Origin: an uncultured delta proteobacterium
GTDB taxonomy: Bacteria; Desulfobacterota; WTBG01; CAIYCZ01; CAIRTM01
DNA length: 64,000 nt
Assembly (NCBI GenBank): GCA_963804955.1
Contig: CAWDSQ010000020.1
Span: forward strand, 128,001 to 192,000
Direction: 5' to 3'
The translations under genes and the position numbers were made by a program. Positions 1 to 10,777 of this stretch are shown here, one piece after another (position 1 is the stretch's first letter; each line of letters begins with the position of its first letter). The notes under the pieces are model-generated. The model did not search any database. It had not been told where the DNA came from and worked only from the letters and a program-made list of their open reading frames with translations.

Positions 1-1092
1 AAATGAAATTTCAAAAAGTGACTGCGGCGAAACAGCAAGTAATAACAAAAGCTGCAACAAATAATGTGTGCAGCATGTGCTGCGGCCGGTCCAGCAGCAG
101 GGTAAGCAGATAGCACACAACCATAAGTCCCGATCGTGTAGCCGGTGTGGCCATCCCGGCAATCATGCAGTACCCCAGGACTGGGAATATCGACATGAAA
201 AACGGCAATTTTTTTTGCGGGAATATACAGCAGCAGCCGGGGATACAGTTTCAAGAGATTAAATATAATTCCATATGCCAGAAGTGCAAAAATACTGACA
301 TGCAAACCCGATATGGAAAGAATATGTGTTATGCCGAGCGCTGAGAACCGGTCCCTGATGTGTTCCGGAATGGTCCCCTGTTCCCCGATAATCAGCGCAA
401 GAAGAATATCCCGTGACGGGGATTGCGTTGAGCTGTAGATGCATTCTGCGAATCCTGTTGCGGATAGATTCGATAAAAACCAGGAATCTATTGCCTTCAC
501 CTTCTCGGATCAGAGTTATAGACTGGTCGCTTTCAAGAAATGCTGTTGCGTAAATGCTTTTATAGGCAAGATGCCGTATATAATCGAAGCCGCCCGGGTT
601 TGAAAAATTTCTCGGAATATGCAGTGTCGATGAAAACCTGATCCGGTCTCCATAGCTGAATCTCCTGCCGCAGTCTTTAATGCTGAGCAGCAGATTGCCC
701 TTTACTGCAATTGATTCATCGCGGCCATGAATTGCCCGTACAGCCAGTGTGAGCTTGGTTCGATTCAGCGTTTCCGATGGCGGTTCAGTTACAACGGCTT
801 CAACTGTCCGACTTCCCTCATCAACATAGCGCAGAACAGAGGTGCCCGCAGGGTCGGGATGGATTTTGGCATACAGGCTGTAAAAGCCGATACAAAAAAA
901 AAGGCAGGAGACACAAATGCCTGCAGCACGGAATGATTTAAATAGCAGTGATGCAGCCAGACTGATCAGGAGTATTCCTGCGCCGGCATACACTATGTTT
1001 ACCTGCAGGCAATCAGCATGAGCGGCTGTAATGCCTGCGCAGTATGCCAGGACAACAGCTATAAAAGGCTGCTGTAAAAACCAGAGCATCAC
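1..1092 (-). CDS. comEC: ComEC/Rec2 DNA uptake competence protein, N-terminal part (frameshifted; runs off window start)
   Basis: ORF 259-1092 has TM helices and the DUF4131/OB region with NPGGFDY. Downstream frames continue into the competence domain (reconstructed HILSISGLH-like segment; TRSGLMVV in ORF 11-208). Confidence 0.85.
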
Positions 1093-1143
1093 CGGTCGGT
1101 TCTTTTGATGAAAGAAATTTTTTTAACGAATGAAAATTCAAGT

Positions 1144-1647
1144 TTATAGTCGAGTTGTGCTGCCCGCTGCGCTGTTTTTGCCCTGCACGAACATTTTCAT
1201 ATCTGCAAAGCCGGACGCCGGGTCTTTTTTGAGAATTGCAGGAAAATTTGTGGTAGCTGTGATCCTGCGTCCGTCTTTTGTGCGGATAATGATTTGTTTG
1301 CCGGCAGGGGTAAGCTCTATTTCAATTTCATCTACTTCTTCAAATGGAAAGCGCTGCGTCGTGACGGTCACCCGGCTGGGATCTTCCTGTAAAGGCGTCA
1401 TGACTTCGACTATCACTTCTTTTGCAGTGAGACTGTAAGGTTTAAGAAACGGCGTCTCTCCCCGTTCCTCCCATGAATAAAGAAGTGAAAAATGTTCAAT
1501 CGTGGTCTGCTCCTTGTAAACATTGGTTACCAGTGCCGTAAAATAGGGTGGAGAGTCATTTGACGAACAGCCTGCAAGCAGCAGCACTATCATGCTCATA
1601 AGAAGCACAGGCGTCAGTTTCGCAGCGGGAAGGAAACGTATATTCAT
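1144..1647 (-). CDS. Hypothetical lipoprotein
   Basis: 167-aa ORF with hydrophobic signal and lipobox LLAG-C; no family recognised. Confidence 0.6.
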   Translation of the reverse strand: MNIRFLPAAKLTPVLLMSMIVLLLAGCSSNDSPPYFTALVTNVYKEQTTIEHFSLLYSWEERGETPFLKPYSLTAKEVIVEVMTPLQEDPSRVTVTTQRFPFEEVDEIEIELTPAGKQIIIRTKDGRRITATTNFPAILKKDPASGFADMKMFVQGKNSAAGSTTRL

Positions 1648-1713
1648 TGTGTTCTCCGATGATGAAATATAAAAACTTGTCTAATAACAGTATTCCAATT
1701 ATATTTCAAAACC

Positions 1714-2776
1714 ATGGATATGAAAGAACTATTTCAGCGGATGAAAGCTTTCCCGAAAGTTGATCTGCACCGCCATCTGGAAGGCAGCATTTCAGCAGAA
1801 ACGCTTGTGCACATTGCCGCAAAATACGGTGGTACATTGCCTGCCTGCACGGTTGAAGAACTGCGGCCATATATACAGATGCATGCAGAATCACCGGGCT
1901 TTCCAGCTTTTTTTCAAAAATTTAAAGTCTACCGGGGGTTTTATCCATGCCGGGAAGCAATCGAAGACGCTGCCTATAGGGCTGTCATGGATGCAGCCCT
2001 TGATACGGTGAAGTATCTTGAACTTCGTTACAGCCCGAGCTCATTTTGCCGGTTTGAACAGGTTCAGGGAAAGTGATGTCATTGAGTGGATAAGCGGGGC
2101 CATCCAAAAAGTCTTCTGATGATTTCAACATTATTGTCATACCCATACTTACCATCAGCCGGGATTTTGGACTTGAACTGGCAGAAAATACCGTTCGTTA
2201 TGTATCCCGGCTCAAACCGGGATTTTTTTACGGTCTTGATATTGCAGGTGATGAGGCTGTCAATTCAGCAAAGCCATTTTGCGATCTTTTTGCACTGGCT
2301 AAAAATTCAGGGCCTTCATCTTACCATACATGCCGGAGAGGCATGCGGCCCTGAAAATGTGCGGGAAGCTGTGATCGACTTTAAAGCTGACCGCATCGGT
2401 CATGGCGTGCGTTCTGTTGAAGATTCTTCAATCATGGCCTTGCTGCGCGAAAGGCGGATACTTCTTGAGCTATGCCTTACCAGCAATGTTCATACCGGGG
2501 TTGTCACGTCAGTGGAAGCCCATCCAATTCGCCGCCTTATGGAGGCCGGCGTACCTGTCAGCATTAACACTGATGATCCTGCTATTTCTGATATTACCCT
2601 CAGCGGGGAATATGTTGAGGCTGTTACGAAATTGGGGTTTACCGAATCAGAGCTCAAGGCCCTCAACCTGCAGGCGCTCGACCATGCTTTCCATCCGGAC
2701 AAGGACATCTGAAAGCCGGCTTGCACATTTCTGGAATGAAACAGGGCAGGGGGCTAATGTCCCGGAGCATTTTTAA
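1714..2776 (+). CDS. add: Adenosine deaminase (several single-base frameshifts)
   Basis: DLHRHLEGS, YLELRYSP, GLDIAGDE (shifted frame), TIHAGE, RIGHG, ELCLTSN and INTDDP motifs spread over frames. The C-terminus probably runs to 2776. Confidence 0.9.
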
Positions 2777-2875
2777 AAGCATGAAATGATTCAAAACTGC
2801 ACCTGGGTAAACAAGGTCGCAGAACCTGTAAAACATGAGATTCTTGTGCCGAGACAAGATATCTCAAACATGCTC

Positions 2876-3662
2876 TTAAAGAAGTGTCTCAAAAATCGCC
2901 TGAATAATATCAAGTGCTCCTGCCGCTTCATGCGCATCTGAGACAATGCCGCCTGCATTCCTGACTGCCTGTATGACCTCTGGAGAGGCATTGGCCGGGC
3001 AGCCTACGAATTTTGTTACTGCGCCGTTGAGCATGGTAATATCATTGATGCCGTCTCCAATGGCAATGACACGATCTGATGGTATGTTCAATAGTTCAGC
3101 ACATTTTTTCAGTACTTTTGCTTTTGAAAATGATGCATGCAGAATGAATGTCCATTCCTGGTTCCCGGAAATTTGCGCATCAGGCTGCGCCTGTTATAAA
3201 CTGCTGCATGACTTCGCGAAGAGCGGGTGTCTGGTCAGGTGAAACCCTGTAGGCAAAGACCAGATCGTTCACTACGCAATCCAGTATTGTAAATTGTGAT
3301 TCAACCTCTGAGCGCCATTGGGGGAAAAGCGGCCTGATTTTTTTCCAAAGTTCCGTATGCCGCTTTGTCTGCTCCAGCATTCCATGCCTCTACAGGAAGG
3401 TAGGTATCATCGCCGTCACGCAGATGTATGAACCGCTGGCAGCTTAAAAGAGCCAGTGGTTTTTGCTCCGCAGGCAGCAGTGATGCTATGTCTGCCATGG
3501 TATCGGTATAACGGTCTGAATTCATAACCCATTGCGATGCCTGAAGCTGCGAACTGAGGCAAGGTACTGCATAAGCGCACTGTCCATTTCAAGACGAGGA
3601 GAATATGACACTGATGTGCCATCAAGATCGAGTGCTATGAGGAAACGGTTTTGCTGCGGCAT
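2876..3662 (-). CDS. HAD-superfamily (class IIB/Cof-like) phosphatase (frameshifted)
   Basis: ATG at 3662 gives MPQQNRFLIALDLDGTSV (motif I DxDGT). C-terminal ORF 2876-3091 has AIGDGINDITML..PANA. Confidence 0.8.
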
Positions 3663-3839
3663 GTATCAACTCCGGAAACGGGGAATATAAAAAATTATAT
3701 CACGCATTCTATGATGGTAAAATCAGTGCACTATGCAGGGTTTCTTTCCATGTTACAGCCTGGGGCATGTGCCTTCATGCATCCAACGTGCTGAATAAGG
3801 ATTATTTATTGGGCAATAGACCGGCAGAACAATCGCGTG

Positions 3840-4734
3840 TCAGCTGCGTTTTTTTGTGTAAGGTCGATACGTGCGGATCGTTTTTATGGGTTTGCCGCAG
3901 CTGAAAATTCTGACTGTTCCTGTTGATTCAGATACTGTGACGGCTATGGCATTGGTATTTTCTGAAATTGCAGATGCTGCGGCATGTCGGGCGCCCAGCC
4001 CTTTTATAGGCGTTATTTTATCTGCATCGGGAAAAAGATACATGCCGGCGGCATGAACGACGCCATTTTCTTTTACTATAAAAGCTCCATCAATGCGTGA
4101 AAGCTCCTTTACGCTTTCCTGTACTTTCTGGTCGGTAATTTTACGCTCATCTTCGGGATATCCGCGAAACGGGTTAAAAATCATCGGCTTTGACAATTCC
4201 AGAACTTTTTCAGTATCACCCACAACAAAAAGTGTGCCGACAGGTGCGCCCTCGCGTCCCTCCTGAGCAATTTCAATGGCAAGATTGACTAGTTGCAAAA
4301 GCAGTTCAACGGGTACATGCCTGCCTATGCGTTTCAGATCATGATGTGTTATGAGGACCGTAAAATCGTTCAATCCACACAATACGCATTGTGTCAAGCA
4401 GTCTGCGCCCTGAAAGGCTGTAGACACACAGGATTCGTTCATCCTGCTTTACTTTGCCTGATTCAATGATTGAGCGCAGAATGTATTGCAGTCTGTCGCT
4501 TCTGGTAACGCTGTTGAAGTCGCAAATAAATGTTTCAACGGTAATGTTTTCGGCAAGTCTTTTTGAAGGTATAACAATAATAAATTGATTTTTTGTGTAA
4601 ACAGGAAGAACAGCTTTCCACACAGCAAGGCTCTCGCACACAACGAGAATTTTTTTTATTTTCAGCTTTTCTGCGATATGTGTCGCTTCCTCAATCAAGG
4701 TAAGCGTTTCGCGATCCTGTTTTTTTTGCAGCAT
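3840..4734 (-). CDS. DacZ-like diadenylate cyclase (N-terminal regulatory domain plus DisA_N/DAC domain; one frameshift near 4350)
   Basis: EGREGAPVGTLFVVGD, catalytic DGAF, GLGARHAAA and VSESTG motifs. ORFs 4339-4734 and 3840-4442 join into ~298 aa. Confidence 0.85.
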
Positions 4735-4837
4735 GACAGTGCTTTAGTAATAGTATGGTTTCGAGATTTATATGTCATCACTGTGCTGACAATGCGGCTT
4801 GGGACTGCAATTATCGGCCCCTGTCGCCTACTACAAT

Positions 4838-7066
4838 TTATTTTTTATTCTGTTCAGGAATAAACACGTCGCTTTTTACTTCCCATAATTGGTAAATCAT
4901 GCCTGAAATTTGTACCGGTTTAAAATAATTCCTGTCGAACTTGCGACGTATGTATAATTTGTTGAAAACGGTTTGAGCGATGTTTTCATCCATCAGCACG
5001 CCAAAGCGGCCCGGTTCAATATAATCAAAACAGTATTTGCTTTTTGCAGTATATTTTTTTTCAGTTGAATTCTTTGTTTGTCTGTATGCCCAATTGAGAA
5101 AGCTGAAAAGACTGCCCATCGGCCTGTATGTCTCCGGTGAGCACATTGATGTTCAGCCCCTTGCCGCCGGTAATAGTGTCATTTTGCATGTTGCAGGCCT
5201 GTAAATATCTGGTAGTAGGGATGGATGCCTTCCTTTTTATCAAAATCCCACGTGCCAAACCAGTACCACCAGTAGGCGATCCGGGAAGGAGCATATCAAG
5301 AAACAAATAAACCGGACGCTGATCGAGCGGGAAGAAAAAAGTAAGCCAGTCATCTGTTGTTGTCGGTAGCGCGATTTTTTGAGTTTTAGTTCATCAATTA
5401 TTGCCCGTGCATCAGCGGGGCCTGCAGCCAGTATTTTTTTTATCAGTTCCATGGCGGTGTTTTTATCTTTGCCGGTTGCCTTATGAAATTCATTGATGCC
5501 ATGCATGCCCCGGGCGACATAAAACTGCATAAAATTTGCCGAAAGCCTGAAATCAGTAAAAGCCAGCGGGAGTGCATTAAAGTAGGTGCGTTCACCGCTA
5601 TGAATAGATCCATCGTTAATGGTTGCCCTGCGCGCAAAATAGGTCAGGGCATAGCCATTATCCCACCATGCCCAGATAACTGCATCTTTGGGTGTTTTGT
5701 GAAGTGCGGCATCCATGCCTGCAACTGTGGCGCTGGTCAGCTTCGGCAATTGAGCATTCGTGGCATTTTCGTGGTACAGCGGCCAGGCACAAATAAACAA
5801 GCAGCAAAGGGCAAATAATCAGCAGCGGCAGGAAACGTTTTTTTAATTTCCATAATTCGCCTAAAAGATATCCGGTCCCGAGTCCCAGCAGAGGGCACAA
5901 GAAAAATAATGAACCGGTTTGCATAGGTGAACGCCAAAACAGACAGAATGGTAAGGGATCCAATAAAGAGAGATCCTTTGAAATTTCTGTAAAAAAGACA
6001 GGCTATCCCTGCGCAGGCAAAAATGAAGCTGGGTATTGAGCCGGTTGTGTAGTCAATGATAGTCGCAAGAGGAGGTATGGATTGTTCGCTTATGGTAACA
6101 CCGATATTGGGAAAATCACCGCTGGCATCCTTTGATATGTAGAGAAATTGAATGAAAATGCCTTTGATCGTATCAATAAAAATACCCGGGCCCTTGAAAG
6201 CCATAACAGTCAAAACAGCACATCCAATGATGCCGCCGAAAATGCAGGCTTCTTTTTTTGATGGCCGGTAATAGAAAACAAGGGCAACTGCAAACGGAAG
6301 AAACGTGATTGCAGATACAACAGCCGGTGTTTGATCCCACCACCAGAGAAATAAGCCGTAATTTATGACAGCAAGACCGACATAGATATATCTTTTCCAT
6401 GACGTAATCAGTGCAAAACGGAAGAAAAAGATAAGCGGATGCCAGTATGAAAGTTACATTCAGGCAGTCTGTGTCAAAGCGGCCAAAACCGCTTCTGAAG
6501 ATATAAAATGGATAGAGCAGGGCCAATAGTGCGCCGGAAAAACCGGCCACGCCTCCGCTGTAGTTTTTTCCAAGCAGATAGAGAGGCAGAGCAAGCAGTG
6601 CTCCCAGTACGGCCGGCAGGACTGCACCAACCCAGCTGAGCGACCAGGAGGACAATTTTGTTATTTGTGCGGCCATTACAGAGATAAGAGGAGGAGGTGA
6701 TGGACGGGGCGGGCAATCGGGCACACCCCGTTTTTCATCAGTTGGATAGTAGGTGTCGTCAATGAGATCTTGTGCAAGACTGAGATAGAAATATGCGTCA
6801 AATGTGGTGTGCAGAGGCTGACCTTCAAAAAAAGTACGCGATTCTGATTTTTTCCAATCAGAGATATCCTCCATCCTGAAAAAAATGCCCGCGCAAATAA
6901 GGCATATAACAGCAAGAATTTCACACAAAAGAATATACGGGGAAATAAATTTTTCCGCTCTGTCTATCGCAGCGCGTACCTGTGCAGTAAAAACAGGCTG
7001 CTGGAGCTGAATTTTTTGCCTTTCGGGTTCTTTTTTTATGATTTTTTGAGGTTTTTTACGGGCCAT
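4838..7066 (-). CDS. PglB/STT3-family oligosaccharyltransferase (multiple frameshifts)
   Basis: TTFDAYFY, GRFDTD (DxD), VTISEQ (TIxE), RFIIFLVP, WWDNGY (WWDxG) and INDGSIH motifs occur in the expected order across ORFs 6173-7102, 5737-6213, 5240-5800 and 4838-5146. Confidence 0.85.
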
Positions 7067-7076
7067 TAAGCTGTCC

Positions 7077-7935
7077 TTAATTGTTATTTTCGACGCGGTC
7101 ATAGCGCAGCTGCGTTATTTGTTCGCTAATGAGCCCCAGCATGAAGATCATAACAGAACTGATCAGCAGCAGAGCAGACATGTTTGTAAATCGCTGGGTC
7201 AGCACATAGGTATAACAGTAGTTAAAAAGACCCATGAGCATAAAAAGCAGACTCATGGGAAGAAAAACGAGCATGGGTGAATACAGGGTGGTTATTTTAA
7301 TAATGATCAAAAGGAATTGGAAGCCATCAGTGAGGGGCCGTATTTTGCTTTTGCCGGTTCGTTTTGCAGCCTGTATGGGAATATAGCAAATAGACCGTCC
7401 GCTGTGCAAATAGGACAGTGTAATGGTCGTCGGGTATGAAAATGTATTGGGCAGCAGATACAGATAGCGCATGGCGGTTTTTCTGTGTACGACACGAAAT
7501 CCTGAGGTGAGATCCATCACCTTTCTTTTGGTTATAAAGCTTGCCAGAAAATTGTAAAATGAATTAGCGCATTTTCGAAAAAAATTCGCATGAGTCCTTG
7601 AATCACGTGCGCCGACAACCATATCATTTTTTTCGGCCTCTGCAAGCAGCCGCGGTATGTCTTCAGGATTATGCTGCCCGTCTCCATCAAGAAGGACAAC
7701 CAGATCACCTGTTGCCATTCTGATGCCCGGTTTTAACCGCTGCGCCATTTCCTATATTATACGGATGTGAATAGACCAGTGCGCCGGCACGGCGGGCAGC
7801 CTCACCGGTTCCATCATCTGATCCGTCGTCGACAACAATGATCTCAGCATCGGGCAGCAGGCGGGAAATTGATGTTATGACTGTTCCGATGATGCCGGAC
7901 TCACGGTATGCAGGTATAACTATCGAAATTTTCAT
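7077..7935 (-). CDS. Glycosyltransferase family 2, polyprenol-phosphate glycosyltransferase (DPM1-like) with C-terminal TM helices (one frameshift)
   Basis: ISIVIPAYRE, VVDDGSDDGT, NIGNG, LLDGDGQH, DMVVGAR and DLTSGFR motifs; two C-terminal hydrophobic helices. Confidence 0.85.
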
Positions 7936-7962
7936 GATAAGTCCTCTGTCGATTTGTTGAAA

Positions 7963-7992
7963 AGTATAATTCACAATAAGAGAACAAGTCAA
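7963..7992 (-). promoter_or_regulatory. Putative sigma70 promoter for the GT2-OST block
   Basis: Minus strand TTGACT-N18-TATACT, ~30 bp upstream of the GT2 ATG. Confidence 0.5.
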
Positions 7993-8039
7993 GAGTGTAA
8001 CGTTTTTTTTAACTTATTTTCTCATTAAAAAAAATCTTA

Positions 8040-8468
8040 TCAGTACTCACAAAGCTCAGGATTTGATTTTTTGCAGCATTCCGGCATGGAGGTGATGCTG
8101 GATTTAACACCAGCCAATGCTACAAGGGCTTCTTCCTGCCCGGTGAGCACAGTGGGCATTACGCCCGTCTGATTGTAGACCTCATTCAGAAACACAGCTT
8201 TGTTTCCGGCAGCGCGCACGCAGGCAGTTGCTACTGCATAAATGCCAGCCGGCTGAAGCTTGAGTGCCTGTTGTGTGAAATGCGCTATGCAGGCAACCGC
8301 ACGTGCAATAGATTCATCTTTAAGCGTGCCGGTGTCGAGCATGTCTTCACCCGACCGTATGATAGCGTGATTTCTCAGGACTGGTAAGAGCCGGCCGTCT
8401 GGTGAGACATCAGCCACTAAAAGCCGGATTGTCTGTGAACCGATATCTATTGAAGCAAGGCGCCGCAT
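8040..8468 (-). pseudogene. Truncated Ppx/GppA phosphatase (N-terminal domain only)
   Basis: SIDIGSQTIRLLVAD, AVATACVR and VLTGQEEA motifs. The ORF ends after 142 aa and no DIGGGSTE continuation was seen in the downstream AT-rich DNA. Confidence 0.7.
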
Positions 8469-8601
8469 TGCTAACCGCCAAAATAAATTACTGGATACGG
8501 ATGCGTGGCTGACTGTTCAGGGAATCTCTGCTGTATTGAAGATAGATGTGCTATCATATAAAGCTGTTTTCTTTCGTCTTTCTTTATACTAGAATTGGTC
8601 A

Positions 8602-9846
8602 ATGGATGCGACAGTTTTAATTATTTTTATCATTGTCTATGCAGGGATGCTTCTCGGAGAAATACCCGGCCTTGCCCTTGATCGAACAGGGATAGCACTG
8701 CTTGGAGCAATTGCTTTTCTGGCAACAGGCCATATCAGTCCACAAGATGCCTGGGACGCTGTTGATGTTTCAACCATGGCGCTGCTGCTCGGACTCATGG
8801 TCATATCTGCCCAGTTTCGACTCGGGGGGTTCTATGCATGGATTACACGAAGGCTTGCGCGATTCCAGATCCAGCCTGAGAGTTTGCTGGGGGTGCTTAT
8901 TATTATTGCCGGGGCGCTGTCGGCAGTGCTTGCAAATGATATCGTCTGTCTTGCAATGACTCCGGTGCTTATTGAGGGCTGTGCCCGCCGGTCGCTAAAC
9001 CCGGTGCCCTATCTGCTGGGGCTTGCCTGCGCATCAAATATCGGGTCTGCGGCGACTCTTATCGGCAACCCGCAGAACATGCTGATCGGGCAGGCCCTTG
9101 ACATATCGTTTTCCTGGTATCTGCTTGAAGCTGCAGTGCCGGTTCTCGCGGGTCTCCTGATTACATGGATGGTTATATGCGCGAGATACCGGAATGACTG
9201 GCGCAGAGTAACTCCTGTTCCCAAAATAGACACGAGCGATATAAATTACTGGCAGACCTGCAAAGGCCTTTTTGTTTTGTCCAGTGCTGTCATGGCGTTT
9301 CTTTTTTTGCCCTTTCCGCGCGAAATTGTCGCTCTCGCCGCTGCGGCGATTCTTCTGACAAGCCGCAGGATGGCATCGCGGCAGATGCTGGGGCTTGTCG
9401 ACTGGCAGCTGCTGGTTCTTTTTGCCGGTCTTTTCATAGTCAATAAGGTTCTTGCCACCTCAGGAGTCTTGCATTTATTCATAGACCATCTTGCAGCATG
9501 GGGAATTCACATCGAGCATCCGGCATGGCTTTTCGGACTGACCCTGGTGCTGTCAAATCTTGTTTCCAATGTGCCGGCTGTCATGTTGCTGCTGCCTGCT
9601 GCGACGTATCCTTCTGCCGGAACTATTTTAGCGCTTGTCAGCACCTTTGCCGGCAATCTTTTCATTATCGGCAGCATCGCAAACATTATTGTTGTTGAAC
9701 AGGCCAGGAGTCTGCAGGTAAAAATAAGCTGGCGGGATCATGCCCGAATTGGTATCCCGGTCACCATAGTGTCGCTGGCATGTGCCGGAGCGTGGATTTT
9801 AATTACATTTGGCAGCCTGATCGATCTTTATTTAATCTTCAAATAA
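8602..9846 (+). CDS. ArsB/NhaD/CitMHS-family anion permease
   Basis: 414 aa, highly hydrophobic; LSAVLANDIVCL, ASNIGSAATLIGNPQN, LSNLVSNVPA and GSIANIIV motifs. Confidence 0.85.
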   Translation: MDATVLIIFIIVYAGMLLGEIPGLALDRTGIALLGAIAFLATGHISPQDAWDAVDVSTMALLLGLMVISAQFRLGGFYAWITRRLARFQIQPESLLGVLIIIAGALSAVLANDIVCLAMTPVLIEGCARRSLNPVPYLLGLACASNIGSAATLIGNPQNMLIGQALDISFSWYLLEAAVPVLAGLLITWMVICARYRNDWRRVTPVPKIDTSDINYWQTCKGLFVLSSAVMAFLFLPFPREIVALAAAAILLTSRRMASRQMLGLVDWQLLVLFAGLFIVNKVLATSGVLHLFIDHLAAWGIHIEHPAWLFGLTLVLSNLVSNVPAVMLLLPAATYPSAGTILALVSTFAGNLFIIGSIANIIVVEQARSLQVKISWRDHARIGIPVTIVSLACAGAWILITFGSLIDLYLIFK

Positions 9847-10770
9847 AGCATCGACAAAATCGCGCGCATTGAACTCTCTCAGGTCGTCTATTTGCTCCCC
9901 GACGCCGATAAATCGAACCGGTATGCCCAATGTCTCGGAAATGCCGACAATCACACCGCCTTTTGCCGTGCCGTCGAGTTTCGTCAGCACAATTCCGGAA
10001 ATTTCAATTGCTTCCTTAAAAAGCTTCGCCTGTGAGATGGCGTTCTGGCCGGTTGTTGCATCAAGAACCAGGATTGTTTCATGAGGAGCACCGGGCAGCT
10101 CACGGCTTATGATGCGCTGAACTTTTTTTATTTCATCCATGAGCGGGGCCTTTGTATGGAGCCTGCCCGCCGTATCTATAATAAGAATATCGGTATTTTT
10201 TGACTGTGCTGATTTCAAAGCATCAAAAGCTACCGCCGACGGGTCAGCGCCGTGTTTGTGTTTGATAACTCTGCAGCCGACACGTTCACCCCATATCTCA
10301 AGCTGGTCAATAGCAGCTGCGCGGAAAGTATCGGCAGCGGCAAGCATGACAGAGTGACCTTTTGTTTTAAAAATATTGGCCATTTTGGCAATGGTTGTTG
10401 TTTTTCCGGTACCATTGACGCCGACGGTTAGAATGACATACGGCTTTCTGTCTGAAGTAATTACGAGCGGCTGTTCATGGGCAGCTAAAATCTCGTAAAT
10501 ACCCTCTTTGAGCACCTCTGTGAGCTTGTCGGCATCCTGAAGCTCCTTCCGTTCGACACGCCATTTTATTTTTTGCATGAGCGTGTCAACAGTTGCAACT
10601 CCAAGGTCAGAGGTAATGAGTATGTCTTCAAGATTGTCAAGAAGCTCCCTGCTTATTTCTCTTTTGCCAAGGGTGAGTTCTTCAATGCGGCGGGTTACAG
10701 CCTGATGGGTTTTCGACAAACCCTCTTTGAGCTTTTTAAAAAATCCAAAAGTCCCGGTTTTTGCTTCCAT
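9832..10770 (-). CDS. ftsY: Signal recognition particle receptor FtsY
   Basis: GVNGTGKTTT, DTFRAAA, DTAGR and TKLDGTAKGG motifs. Confidence 0.97.
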   Translation of the reverse strand: MEAKTGTFGFFKKLKEGLSKTHQAVTRRIEELTLGKREISRELLDNLEDILITSDLGVATVDTLMQKIKWRVERKELQDADKLTEVLKEGIYEILAAHEQPLVITSDRKPYVILTVGVNGTGKTTTIAKMANIFKTKGHSVMLAAADTFRAAAIDQLEIWGERVGCRVIKHKHGADPSAVAFDALKSAQSKNTDILIIDTAGRLHTKAPLMDEIKKVQRIISRELPGAPHETILVLDATTGQNAISQAKLFKEAIEISGIVLTKLDGTAKGGVIVGISETLGIPVRFIGVGEQIDDLREFNARDFVDALFED

Positions 10771-10777
10771 GCCCGTC

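Noticed and set aside
1714..2712. Stop-codon readthrough or alternative genetic code (ORFs 1714-2076 and 2086-2712 share a frame across a TGA)
   Set aside because: The real protein leaves that frame before the TGA and returns after three +1 shifts; TGA is also used as a normal stop in many intact genes.
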